Below, piece by piece: positions 47,646 through 57,693 of a stretch of DNA of 64,000 nt. The number at the start of each line of letters is the position of its first letter. Positions within the stretch are counted from its first letter, which is position 1. Both the position numbers and the translations under genes were made by a program. Origin of the DNA: Diplonema japonicum (Eukaryota > Protista > Euglenozoa: Diplonemea). The DNA lies in assembly GCA_964019335.1 (NCBI GenBank), contig OZ025677.1:124001-188000 (forward strand), read 5' to 3'. The notes under the pieces were generated by a model that worked only from the letters and a program-made list of their open reading frames with translations, was not told the DNA's origin and did not search any database.

Positions 47646-49859
47646 TTATTCACCTTCATTCAGCATCGATTCATGTTTGTCGCCCATCTCTTCCTGGATG
47701 ACGGGCAACTCCCCCATGGTGGGTGCCTTCGTCTTCTGTGTGTAGCAGTACAAGCCAGCCGCCGCAAGGAAGAGAGTGGTGACCGCAAGCCCTGCGATCA
47801 CAAGGTACTTGACGATGTCCTCCCTGTCGTCGCTGGGCGCAGGAGTCGGCTCCAGTGTGCCGTTGCCCTGCGGTGCCGCGGTGGCTGGGGTAGTGGTGGT
47901 AGTGGTAGTGGGAACATTTGTGTCACTCGCCTTGTCAGGGAGCGGTACCGACGTGGGGACCACTGCGTCCCTTTGCGGAGAACTTGTTGGTGTCGTGGTG
48001 GGCATCGCCGTTGACCCAGGGGGCGCAGCAGTGGTGGGAACCGCTGTTGGAGAGCCCGTGACTTCCCTTGAAGGCTCGGATGTGGTTTTAGATGCAGGCT
48101 CAGTGGTGGGGCTTGCCGTAGTCGGCGCCGCCGTGTCAGCAGCACGAGGGGACCTAGTCGGAACAGCTGTGGGAGTGGTGGTGGTGGGGACACCAGTTGG
48201 CGGGGTCCCTGGTGCTCCTGTCGTCGTGGTCGTGGGGGATCCTGTTGGTGGGCTTCCAGTGGGGGATCCTGTTGGTGGGCTTCCAGTGGGGGATCCTGTA
48301 GGAGGGACTGTCGCGGGGGATGTGGTCGGAGGAGCCGTCGGCTCCATCGTGGGGCTTCTTGTCGGAACCACTGTCACAGGTGCCGTTGTAGGACTCGCTG
48401 TTGGAACTATGGTTGCAGGAGCTGTGGTCGGAGGGGAAGCGGTGGGGTTTGCTGTTGGAACCATGGTTGCAGGAGCTGTGGGTGTCGTTGTGGGACTCGC
48501 TGTTGGGACTGCTGTCGCGGGGGAAACGGTGGGGTTTGCTGTTGGCACAACTGTTGTGGGGCTTTCAGTGGGTGTGGTGGTCGCAGGCACCACCCCAGGT
48601 GAGGCTGTCGGCCCCGACGTCGACGGCACAGTCGTTGGCACTCCCGTGGGTGCTGCCGTTGCAGGAACTCCTGTCTTCGGTGATCCCGTGGGAGCCGCTG
48701 TTGGCGTTGCTGTGGGCGGTGCCAAGGTCGGGGTTGCTGTGGGCTCTGCTGTCGCTGGTGTAGGTGCTGTTGTTTGAGGGGGGTTTGTTGGTGTCGCTGT
48801 TGGGGACCCTGTTACGGAGCACGTGTCATTGTAGTAGTACACAAGCTTCATCACCTCGCCTGTGGTCTCCTTCTTCCACACTACACCTTCCTCCGTGAAG
48901 CTTTCCACCACCCAGTCAGGAGACCGAGTCACCTTCCCGCCCACCACCTCGAGGTCTGCCCGGGCAGTCGTGCAGTAACGCGACAAGACAGAGCCACGGG
49001 AAACGTATCTCCGGTCAGTAGCCTCATCCACGTAACCCCCGCTCATGCCGGGGAGGGGTGCAGGAGGGGGTGTCACTGCCTTCAAAGCCGCATCATGGAG
49101 ACTCGGGAAGTAGTCAGGGTTCACAGTGACGTAGCCAGGCTTGTAAAGGGTGCTGGTGTCGGCAGGTATCCCGAACATGGTGTAGCACATGGTGAGGGCG
49201 ATGAGGTAGGTTCCAAGGGGGTCGGGGTGGCTCTTGTCAGCATTGTACAGCTTGTAGAAGAGGGTGTTGGGGTCTGTCCCAGGGTCGGCGCTGCTGCTCT
49301 GGTCGTACACATGGCTGAAGGCGGTGCCCGCATGGGCAATGATGCTGTCCTCAGGTGCCATGCAGCCCTGGCGCTTCGTGATGTCCGAGTACAGCTCGTA
49401 CCCATCGATGCACATGCTTTGCATCTGTTTGTAAGTGTCTCCGTACCATTCGTGTCCCTCCCTGTAGCCCCATGTCTCGTACATCACGATCTTCGCAGAG
49501 GAGGCCTTCGCCGCAGGGGAGAACAGGTCCACCATTGCCTTGTAGGCAAGCTTCTTGTTCTCCCAGTCCCATGTATCGCATGCAGGGCCTGTCTGGCTTT
49601 GATCCTGCAAGATAAGGTAGTCAAAGCCCCCTGCATTCAGCCGTGTGATCACACCGTTGTCCTGCGAGGCCTGTCCCAGGGACCGTCCTCCGGCCACTTT
49701 CGACTCCACGGTGACTGTGTGTCCCATGCTGGCTGCAACCTGCCTCACAACACCTGGCATGTCACCTACATATGTGTACGAGTTCCCAATGAACAGGAGG
49801 TTCTTCCCATCTGCTCCGCACAACGCAAACAGCACAACAAGCAAGTACACGCCCCTCAT
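47646..49859 (-). CDS. Membrane-anchored SGNH/GDSL-type hydrolase, paralogue 3 (long Thr/Pro stalk)
   Basis: Start at MRGVYLLVVLFALCG. Head matches paralogue 2; stalk and TM match paralogue 4. Confidence 0.85.
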   Translation of the reverse strand: MRGVYLLVVLFALCGADGKNLLFIGNSYTYVGDMPGVVRQVAASMGHTVTVESKVAGGRSLGQASQDNGVITRLNAGGFDYLILQDQSQTGPACDTWDWENKKLAYKAMVDLFSPAAKASSAKIVMYETWGYREGHEWYGDTYKQMQSMCIDGYELYSDITKRQGCMAPEDSIIAHAGTAFSHVYDQSSSADPGTDPNTLFYKLYNADKSHPDPLGTYLIALTMCYTMFGIPADTSTLYKPGYVTVNPDYFPSLHDAALKAVTPPPAPLPGMSGGYVDEATDRRYVSRGSVLSRYCTTARADLEVVGGKVTRSPDWVVESFTEEGVVWKKETTGEVMKLVYYYNDTCSVTGSPTATPTNPPQTTAPTPATAEPTATPTLAPPTATPTAAPTGSPKTGVPATAAPTGVPTTVPSTSGPTASPGVVPATTTPTESPTTVVPTANPTVSPATAVPTASPTTTPTAPATMVPTANPTASPPTTAPATIVPTASPTTAPVTVVPTRSPTMEPTAPPTTSPATVPPTGSPTGSPPTGSPTGSPPTGSPTTTTTGAPGTPPTGVPTTTTPTAVPTRSPRAADTAAPTTASPTTEPASKTTSEPSREVTGSPTAVPTTAAPPGSTAMPTTTPTSSPQRDAVVPTSVPLPDKASDTNVPTTTTTTTPATAAPQGNGTLEPTPAPSDDREDIVKYLVIAGLAVTTLFLAAAGLYCYTQKTKAPTMGELPVIQEEMGDKHESMLNEGE

Positions 49860-51654
49860 TTTTCTTTTTCTTTTTTTTTTTTTTACCTGTCCTGAGGATG
49901 AAAGAATGAAGTCACGACTCGAAACAAACAGTAATACAAAGGAAAAAGAAGCGAGGGGGGGGGATGTTGGCTGCTGCATAAAGAAGCGTTTGTAAGAGCA
50001 AACCCAACCCTCGCAGGGTGCCTATGTAGATACAGGTGCCTCGTTCGTTCAAAAGAACAAAAACCGGGGGACGCCATCATGGCGTGCGCAGGCCAAAGGC
50101 AGTAGCATCCTAAAGGGCCACAGGTAACTGACCAATAGGAGGCAGTGGGGGGTGGAGGAAAATGTTGATGAAGATAGAGGTGAATCAATGTTTGAGACTC
50201 ACATGACAGTGCCTGGACTCTCATGAATGGAAAAGAGGAAAGGTAGGGAAGTGTTGTCGAAAGGTTGTTTCGGCGCCATAAAGAAGGGGAAAAAGGGGTC
50301 TTTGAACCTGCAGTAGTCTTCATCTTGTGTTTGACCCAGCCTTGGGGTGAACAGTATTGTTTTTTTTTTTTTTTTGTTTTCAAATTTCTAAATAACTACG
50401 TGCTTGAAAGTACGAAACACAAAAGGTGACACCTCTTTCCCAGCATAACGGGGACTCCTTCGCCACGCTCATATCGATCACGGGGACAGGTGCCGTGGGT
50501 GCACAAGAAGGCAAAAAGTGTCCTCAGGCCCGTCTTGTTGGGGGCATGTTAGAAGTAGGAAGGTGTATCTGGAAATCTTGAGGTGGATTTTTTTAAGGTG
50601 GTAAAAAGAGGGAAAATATTTTCGCTCTGCAGTTTGCATAGTACACGCACTCACAAACGACACGTCGGAGGAGGGAGGAAGACATAGCATTTTACGGCTT
50701 TTTTTCAGCTCAGATATTACACCTGAAATTACAAAATTACTTCACGTTCTCGGGGCTCATTACTTCACTCTAAATCTCATTACTTCACGGTGAAGCAATA
50801 GCCTATTTTCCGTGCCAACTTTTTCCTCTCAATTTGCCAATTTAATTTCGGAGTACGGTCTCTAAAAACATCTGAAAATTTGATTTGGCTTGCCTAGGGT
50901 ACAAAGACACCGTCCGTGTCCAGGTGAGGAAACGTCTTGGCAGCTTGACGCTGCGGCAAGAAAAAAAAAGGGGGGGGGGTTTCAACAGATTTCTCGAATT
51001 GAGACAAAGTTTCCCTGTTCAGTGCCACGTGCTACCTTTGGAGAAAACAATTAAACATATATGAGTTCGAGAGGCGCCCCTTGTTTGATTAAACAAAACG
51101 ACGCGAATAGAGAGGCTCTTTTTTTTTCTTTTTTTTTTCCTTCTTTTTCTCCTCATGTGGGAGTTTACTGCTTCTATAAAATAAAAAAATAAAAAGAATT
51201 CAAATTAACATGCTCCCTGAGACGAAAGCCGCAAGGGGGTATGGTCAGTACTAGGTATCTCTCAGTTTCGGACATATCTCGCGACTCCTACAGGTGCTGT
51301 CGGCACCCTTCAATGGATCCTACTAGCGTCCCAGCAGGTTGGAGAGTACTCTTCCCAACCGAAAAAAGAAAAACTGGTGGGGTTACAGCGAGGAGTGTAT
51401 GACTCTCCCAGAGAATTGTTAACCAAACAAAAAACAAAAAAACAAAAAAGAGGAAAGCTTTGGAGTACAGTTAAGTCTTCATGGTTCCAGTTTACGTATT
51501 ATCAAAACAAAAACAAATCAGAAGGAGGAAGCTTGTTTCAAAGGCATGAGTGGGTGGCAGCACGGTCCCCAGCATTGCCTCTATTTTATCTTCACATTCC
51601 AGGAATTCAATCCCAGAAGAGTCCCCTCCATCTTCTCCCTCTTTGATAAACACT

Positions 51655-53847
51655 TTATTCATATTTGTCGCCCATCTCTTCCTGGATGACGGGCAACTCC
51701 CCCATGGTGGGTGCCTTCGTCTTCTGTGTGTAGCAGTACAAGCCAGCCGCCGCAAGGAAGAGAGTGGTGACCGCAAGCCCTGCGATCACAAGGTACTTGA
51801 CGATGTCCTCCCTGTCGTCGCTGGGCGCAGGAGTCGGCTCCAGTGTGCCGTTGCCCTGCGGTGCCGCGGTGGCTGGGGTAGTGGTGGTAGTGGTAGTGGG
51901 AACATTTGTGTCACTCGCCTTGTCAGGGAGCGGTACCGACGTGGGGACCACTGCGTCCCTTTGCGGAGAACTTGTTGGTGTCGTGGTGGGCATCGCCGTT
52001 GACCCAGGGGGCGCAGCAGTGGTGGGAACCGCTGTTGGAGAGCCCGTGACTTCCCTTGAAGGCTCGGATGTGGTTTTAGATGCAGGCTCAGTGGTGGGGC
52101 TTGCCGTAGTCGGCGCCGCCGTGTCAGCAGCACGAGGGGACCTAGTCGGAACAGCTGTGGGAGTGGTGGTGGTGGGGACACCAGTTGGCGGGGTCCCTGG
52201 TGCTCCTGTCGTCGTGGTCGTGGGGGATCCTGTTGGTGGGCTTCCAGTGGGGGATCCTGTTGGTGGGCTTCCAGTGGGGGATCCTGTAGGAGGGACTGTC
52301 GCGGGGGATGTGGTCGGAGGAGCCGTCGGCTCCATCGTGGGGCTTCTTGTCGGAACCACTGTCACAGGTGCCGTTGTAGGACTCGCTGTTGGAACTATGG
52401 TTGCAGGAGCTGTGGTCGGAGGGGAAGCGGTGGGGTTTGCTGTTGGAACCATGGTTGCAGGAGCTGTGGGTGTCGTTGTGGGACTCGCTGTTGGGACTGC
52501 TGTCGCGGGGGAAACGGTGGGGTTTGCTGTTGGCACAACTGTTGTGGGGCTTTCAGTGGGTGTGGTGGTCGCAGGCACCACCCCAGGTGAGGCTGTCGGC
52601 CCCGACGTCGACGGCACAGTCGTTGGCACTCCCGTGGGTGCTGCCGTTGCAGGAACTCCTGTCTTCGGTGATCCCGTGGGAGCCGCTGTTGGCGTTGCTG
52701 TGGGCGGTGCCAAGGTCGGGGTTGCTGTGGGCTCTGCTGTCGCTGGTGTAGGTGCTGTTGTTTGAGGGGGGTTTGTTGGTGTCGCTGTTGGGGACCCTGT
52801 TACGGAGCACGTGTCATTGTAGTAGCTTTTGTACACCTCTGTCGCTCCATTCGTTGTGTCCTTCCACACAATAGTACTGTTGAAGCTCTCCACCACCCAA
52901 GCGGGGGTGCGTGTCACCTGCCCTGCCGTCACCGCAAGGCTCGATTGCGTAACAGTACAGTAACTAGACAAGACAGAGCCACGGATAACGTACCTCGCAC
53001 CAGCCTCATCCACGTAACCCCCGCTCATGCCGGGGAGGGGTGCAGGAGGGGGTGTCACTGCCTTCAAAGCCGCATCATGGAGACTCGGGAAGTAGTCAGG
53101 GTTCACAGTGACGTAGCCAGGCTTGTAAAGGGTGCTGGTGTCGGCAGGTATCCCGAACATGGTGTAGCACATGGTGAGGGCGATGAGGTAGGTTCCAAGG
53201 GGGTCGGGGTGGCTCTTGTCAGCATTGTACAGCTTGTAGAAGAGGGTGTTGGGGTCTGTCCCAGGGTCGGCGCTGCTGCTCTGGTCGTACACATGGCTGA
53301 AGGCGGTGCCCGCATGGGCAATGATGCTGTCCTCAGGTGCCATGCAGCCCTGGCGCTTCGTGATGTCCGAGTACAGCTCGTACCCATCGATGCACATGCT
53401 TTGCATGTTCTTGTAAGTGTCTCCGAACCAATCTTGTCCCTCCCTGTAGCCCCATGTCTCGTACATCACGATCTTCGCAGAGGAGGCCTTCGCCGCAGGG
53501 GAGAACAGGTCCACCATTGCCTTGTAGGCAAGCTTCTTGTTCTCCCAATTCCATGTATCGCATGCAGGGCCTGTCTGGCTTTGATCTTGCAAGATAAGGT
53601 AGTCAAAGCCCCCTGCATTCAGTCGTGTGATCACACCGTTGTCCTGCGAGGCCTGTCCCAGGGACCGCCCTCCGGCCACTTTCGACTCCACTGTGATTGT
53701 GTGTCCCATGCTGGCTGCAACCTGCCTCACAACACCTGGCATGTCACCTACATATGTGTACGAGTTCCCAATGAACAGGAGGTTCTTCCCATCTGCTCCG
53801 CACAACGCAAACAGCAGTAAGGTAAGCAGGTTCTTTAAACAGTTCAT
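51655..53847 (-). CDS. Membrane-anchored SGNH/GDSL-type hydrolase, paralogue 4 (long Thr/Pro stalk)
   Basis: Head is nearly identical to paralogue 1; stalk is as in paralogue 3. Confidence 0.85.
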   Translation of the reverse strand: MNCLKNLLTLLLFALCGADGKNLLFIGNSYTYVGDMPGVVRQVAASMGHTITVESKVAGGRSLGQASQDNGVITRLNAGGFDYLILQDQSQTGPACDTWNWENKKLAYKAMVDLFSPAAKASSAKIVMYETWGYREGQDWFGDTYKNMQSMCIDGYELYSDITKRQGCMAPEDSIIAHAGTAFSHVYDQSSSADPGTDPNTLFYKLYNADKSHPDPLGTYLIALTMCYTMFGIPADTSTLYKPGYVTVNPDYFPSLHDAALKAVTPPPAPLPGMSGGYVDEAGARYVIRGSVLSSYCTVTQSSLAVTAGQVTRTPAWVVESFNSTIVWKDTTNGATEVYKSYYNDTCSVTGSPTATPTNPPQTTAPTPATAEPTATPTLAPPTATPTAAPTGSPKTGVPATAAPTGVPTTVPSTSGPTASPGVVPATTTPTESPTTVVPTANPTVSPATAVPTASPTTTPTAPATMVPTANPTASPPTTAPATIVPTASPTTAPVTVVPTRSPTMEPTAPPTTSPATVPPTGSPTGSPPTGSPTGSPPTGSPTTTTTGAPGTPPTGVPTTTTPTAVPTRSPRAADTAAPTTASPTTEPASKTTSEPSREVTGSPTAVPTTAAPPGSTAMPTTTPTSSPQRDAVVPTSVPLPDKASDTNVPTTTTTTTPATAAPQGNGTLEPTPAPSDDREDIVKYLVIAGLAVTTLFLAAAGLYCYTQKTKAPTMGELPVIQEEMGDKYE

Positions 53848-54134
53848 TTCTTCTGATGTAAATTAGATAAAGCAAGCTAAGATTCGGTATAAAATGTATA
53901 CGAAAAAAGCGGTTAACGTGTGAAGCATGAACCTTCGTTGTGCGTCACCTGTCACCAAGAGAGAGTCGATGCTTGTGCGAGTTTCACAGCAAGCTAACGT
54001 TGTCAATCACCACACCCACTACTCACTATTGGTTGCCACCTTTCCAGATGGCTTTGAGCTCAACTGCGGGAAAATGTCCACAGTTTTAGAATGTGAAATA
54101 CAGCACCCAAGGTGCATAAAGATTTTTCCCAGTA

Positions 54135-55007
54135 TCACTGCATGGTGCAGCACCCGTCTTGTTTATCCTTGTTGGAGTGGGGCTGCTCAGAGACTTTAGC
54201 ATTTTTCCCATTTTTCGTCTTTTCGTCCCAGGCATCGAACTTGTTTGAGACAGGCCCCAAGAGGGCCTTCATCACCCAGTCAGCACGGTTGAATTGAGTA
54301 GCCCTGCCAGCTTTGAGGACCTGGTCCCTCTCTGAGTAGTAGTCGTCGGTCACGTCAACGGCAGCGAACTGCTTGTCGAAGGTGTCCAGCCATGACACTG
54401 CATCATCATCGTCAGTGCAGGCAAGGATCTGGAACTTGAAAGTCACTTGAGTTATTTTCTTCTTTACAATGTCAGTCACAAGGTGCACGAACCTGCCAGG
54501 TCCTCCATTGGGCACGCCATCAGTCGCTATCAGCATCAAGACAGGCTTCTCAGACGCCCCATATTCCCTCACTACCCTCTCCACTGTCTCGGTCAGCGGC
54601 GTGCCGCCCGAAGGTGGCGTTGAGAGTGCCGCAAGCAGTGTTGAGTCATCACCCGATTTGATTCCCTTCAAGGTGGGCCTGTTCAGGAAGTGCAGGTCTA
54701 TCCCATCATCGTCAAACACACATGCCAGCTCCGCAACCAGCTTCACTGTCTCACCAAGCTCCTCCCACCTTGTCCTCGATTTCTGACCCAGTTTCCTGTG
54801 ACTGGCAGGCTCACTGCTCAGTGTCATGCTCCCCGAGTCATCCAAGATGAACACAATATCATATCCCTCCAAGGCAACAAGGTCGTTGGCTTCCGCTATC
54901 GTTATCTCGTACTTGGTCAGGATACTTTGCAGGCGTTCAGTCTTGCTGAGCTCCGATGTGACGTACGGGTTGGCCATGATGCGACGCTGTGAGGGTCGGC
55001 ATTGCAT
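54135..55007 (-). CDS. vWA (MIDAS) domain protein with C-terminal CCxxX lipidation motif, copy 1 (start 55007 or 54977)
   Basis: FILDDSGSM, GGTPL, IATDG; ends in CCTMQ. Confidence 0.85.
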   Translation of the reverse strand: MQCRPSQRRIMANPYVTSELSKTERLQSILTKYEITIAEANDLVALEGYDIVFILDDSGSMTLSSEPASHRKLGQKSRTRWEELGETVKLVAELACVFDDDGIDLHFLNRPTLKGIKSGDDSTLLAALSTPPSGGTPLTETVERVVREYGASEKPVLMLIATDGVPNGGPGRFVHLVTDIVKKKITQVTFKFQILACTDDDDAVSWLDTFDKQFAAVDVTDDYYSERDQVLKAGRATQFNRADWVMKALLGPVSNKFDAWDEKTKNGKNAKVSEQPHSNKDKQDGCCTMQ

Positions 55008-55554
55008 TCTTTTTATTTGAATCCAAAAAAACAAACAAAACAAAAAAGGGAGAGAGCCAACTACTCTTTGTCAGACAAGCGATTTTTTAGCGCTTATTCC
55101 TATAAAAAGAACACACGAGTGAGAGCACAATGCAAAGAAGAAGAAAAAGGTGAAGAACTGAGTCTCCATTCTCCGAACACATCGAATCTCGCGCAGTTGC
55201 CGCCAAAAGGAGATATTCAATTTCTTTTTCTTTAGTTTCGGTCGAGTGAGGTTAAAGCACCCAAGATAAGTGCAGAATTTGACAAACTCGATCTCACATG
55301 CAAACTCTGGCTTGCTTGTTGGATAAGGAGGGGTACAGCACGAAAGAAGGGGTAAGAAATATATATATATATATATAAGGGATAAAGGAGGCACACTGGA
55401 AGAAGCACTAAACCAAACTACAAGTGATTACTTCAAAAGAAAATATGGTAAAACTAAGAGAAGAAGAGGGTTTACAAGTTTATTTATCCTTTCCAACTAT
55501 ATTGGAAAAAAGAAAAGGGGGAAAGCCTACAATGTTGAAAGAACTTCACAGCGC

Positions 55555-56397
55555 TCAAAGCACATTACAGCACTCGTCTTGTTTCCTCTTGCGCGGCTGA
55601 GGAACAATGGCTGGGTAAGGCTCTGTCGGGCCTTCATCCCAAGCATCGAACTTGCTTGAGACAGGCCCCAAGAGGGCTTTTATCACCCAGTCAGCACGGC
55701 TGAACGTTGTACATCTTTTGCTTCGGAGGACCTGGTCCCTCTCTGAGTAGTAGTCGTCGGTCACGTCAACGGCAGCGAACTGTCTGTCGAAGGTGTCCAG
55801 CCATGACACTGCATCATCGTCAGCAGTGCAGGCAAGGATCTGGAACTTGAAAGTCACTTGAGTTATTTTCTTGTTGATGACATCAGTCACAAGGTGCGTG
55901 AACCTGCCAGGTCCCCCATTGGGCTCACCATCAGTCGCTATCAGCATCAAGACAGGCTTCTCAGACGCCCCATATTCCCTCACTACCCTCTCCACTGTCT
56001 CGGTCAGCGGCGTGCCGCCCGAAGGTGGCGTTGAGAGTGCCGCAAGCAGTGTTGCATCATCACCCGATTTGATTCCCTTCAAAGCGGGCCTATTCAGGAA
56101 GTGCAGGTCTATCCCATCATCGTCAAACACACATGCCAGCTCCGCAACCAGCTTCACTGTCTCACCAAGCTCCTCCCATCTTGTCTTCGATTTCTGACCC
56201 AGTTTCCTGCGACTGGCAGGCTCACTGCTCAGTGTCATGCTCCCCGAGTCATCCAAGATGAACACAATATCATATCCCTCCAAGGCAACAAGGTCGTTGG
56301 CTTCCGCTATCGTTATCTCGTACTTGGTCAGGATACTTTGCAGGCGTTCAGTCTTGCTGAGCTCCGATGTGACGTACGGGTTGGCTGGAACGTTCAT
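55555..56397 (-). CDS. vWA domain protein with CaaX, copy 2
   Basis: Same MIDAS motifs; ends in RKRKQDECCNVL. Confidence 0.88.
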   Translation of the reverse strand: MNVPANPYVTSELSKTERLQSILTKYEITIAEANDLVALEGYDIVFILDDSGSMTLSSEPASRRKLGQKSKTRWEELGETVKLVAELACVFDDDGIDLHFLNRPALKGIKSGDDATLLAALSTPPSGGTPLTETVERVVREYGASEKPVLMLIATDGEPNGGPGRFTHLVTDVINKKITQVTFKFQILACTADDDAVSWLDTFDRQFAAVDVTDDYYSERDQVLRSKRCTTFSRADWVIKALLGPVSSKFDAWDEGPTEPYPAIVPQPRKRKQDECCNVL

Positions 56398-56544
56398 TTA
56401 TAATGACCTGTGGAAAGGTGACTAGGTAGGAGGTGTTGGGACTGTCTTCTATCATATACTAGCAAAAGGTCCGATCTTGCTATTTTCTACAGATGCGGCT
56501 CGGCTATCAGACACATTGGGTTAGTAGTTGCAAAATACGTTTCT

Positions 56545-56639
56545 TAGCTATCGTGATCTCGTACTTGGTTAGAATGCTTTACAAGCGCTCAGTCATGCTG
56601 AGCCCCACTGCAGTCGTACGAGTTGGCGGAATGCTTCAT
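56545..56639 (-). pseudogene. Degenerate 5' fragment of a vWA gene copy
   Basis: atgaagcattccgccaactcgtacg...ctaaccaagtacgagatcacgatagc aligns by eye with the first ~95 nt of the vWA genes but contains a stop and indels. Confidence 0.7.
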
Positions 56640-56683
56640 CTATCTATGGGAGGTGGTCTTCTATCAAAGTGCACTGCACATGA

Positions 56684-57523
56684 TCACAGCACAATGCAGC
56701 AAGGGTCTGATTTGGTCTGATTCTTAGGCGGGGCGCGGTGCTGGTAGGGGGGCACCTTGTGAGCAGGTTCGTCTAAGTCATCGAATTTTGCGCAGATAGG
56801 CCCCAAGAGGGCCTTCATCACCCAATCTGCGCGGCTGAATTTTGAGACCTTTCCGGCTTTGAGGATCTGGTCCCTCTCTGAGTAGTAGTCGTCGGTCACG
56901 TCAACGGCAGCGAACTGCTTGTCGAAGGTGTCCAGCCATGACACGGAGGCTTCATCAGCAGTGCAGGCAAGGATCTGGAACTTGAAGGAGGGTTTCCTCA
57001 GAATAACGTCGGAGATAAGGCGCATGAATTTCACCGGACCACCGCTGGGCTCACCATCAGTCGCTATCATCAGTAGAACTGGTTTTTCAGATGACTCCAG
57101 ATCCCTCACAACCCTCTCCACTGTCTCGGTCAACGGCGTGCCGCCCCGAGGCCCCGACGAGAGTGCCGCAAGCAGTGTTGGGTCATCACCCGATTTGATT
57201 CCCTTCAAGGTGGGCCTGTTCAGGAAGTGCAGGTCTATCCCATCATCGTCAAACACACATGCCAGCTCCGCAACCAGCTTCACTGTCTCACCAAGCTCCT
57301 CCCACCTTGTCTTCGACTTCTGACCCAGTTTTCTTTGTGATACTGGCTCACTGCTCAGTGTCATGCTCCCCGAGTCATCCAAGATGAACACAATATCATA
57401 TCCCTCCAAGGCAACAAGGTCGTTGGCTTCCGCTATCGTTATCTCGTACTTGGTCAGGATACTTTGCAGGCGTTCAGTCTTGCTGAGCTCCGATGTGACG
57501 TACGGGTTGGCTGGAACGTTCAT
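56684..57523 (-). CDS. vWA domain protein with CaaX, copy 3
   Basis: Start at MNVPANPYV; ends in CCIVL. Confidence 0.88.
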   Translation of the reverse strand: MNVPANPYVTSELSKTERLQSILTKYEITIAEANDLVALEGYDIVFILDDSGSMTLSSEPVSQRKLGQKSKTRWEELGETVKLVAELACVFDDDGIDLHFLNRPTLKGIKSGDDPTLLAALSSGPRGGTPLTETVERVVRDLESSEKPVLLMIATDGEPSGGPVKFMRLISDVILRKPSFKFQILACTADEASVSWLDTFDKQFAAVDVTDDYYSERDQILKAGKVSKFSRADWVMKALLGPICAKFDDLDEPAHKVPPYQHRAPPKNQTKSDPCCIVL

Positions 57524-57693
57524 TTCTCCCTTTTCTTTTCTTTTTTCTTCCCTTCTTTGCTCGCCTGTGCTTATGTGGTTGCCTGCAAAAAGAAAAGCGT
57601 AAAAAGGAAAACAAAGGGGGGGGCAAAAAATATAGGAACACATCCAAATACAGAATAGCATTGTAATTTATTTTCATTCCCCCCCCCCCCCTT

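Noticed and set aside
51232-51350. Segment with a MITE-like look (catatctcgcgactcc...)
   Set aside because: No matching inverted end or TSD found.
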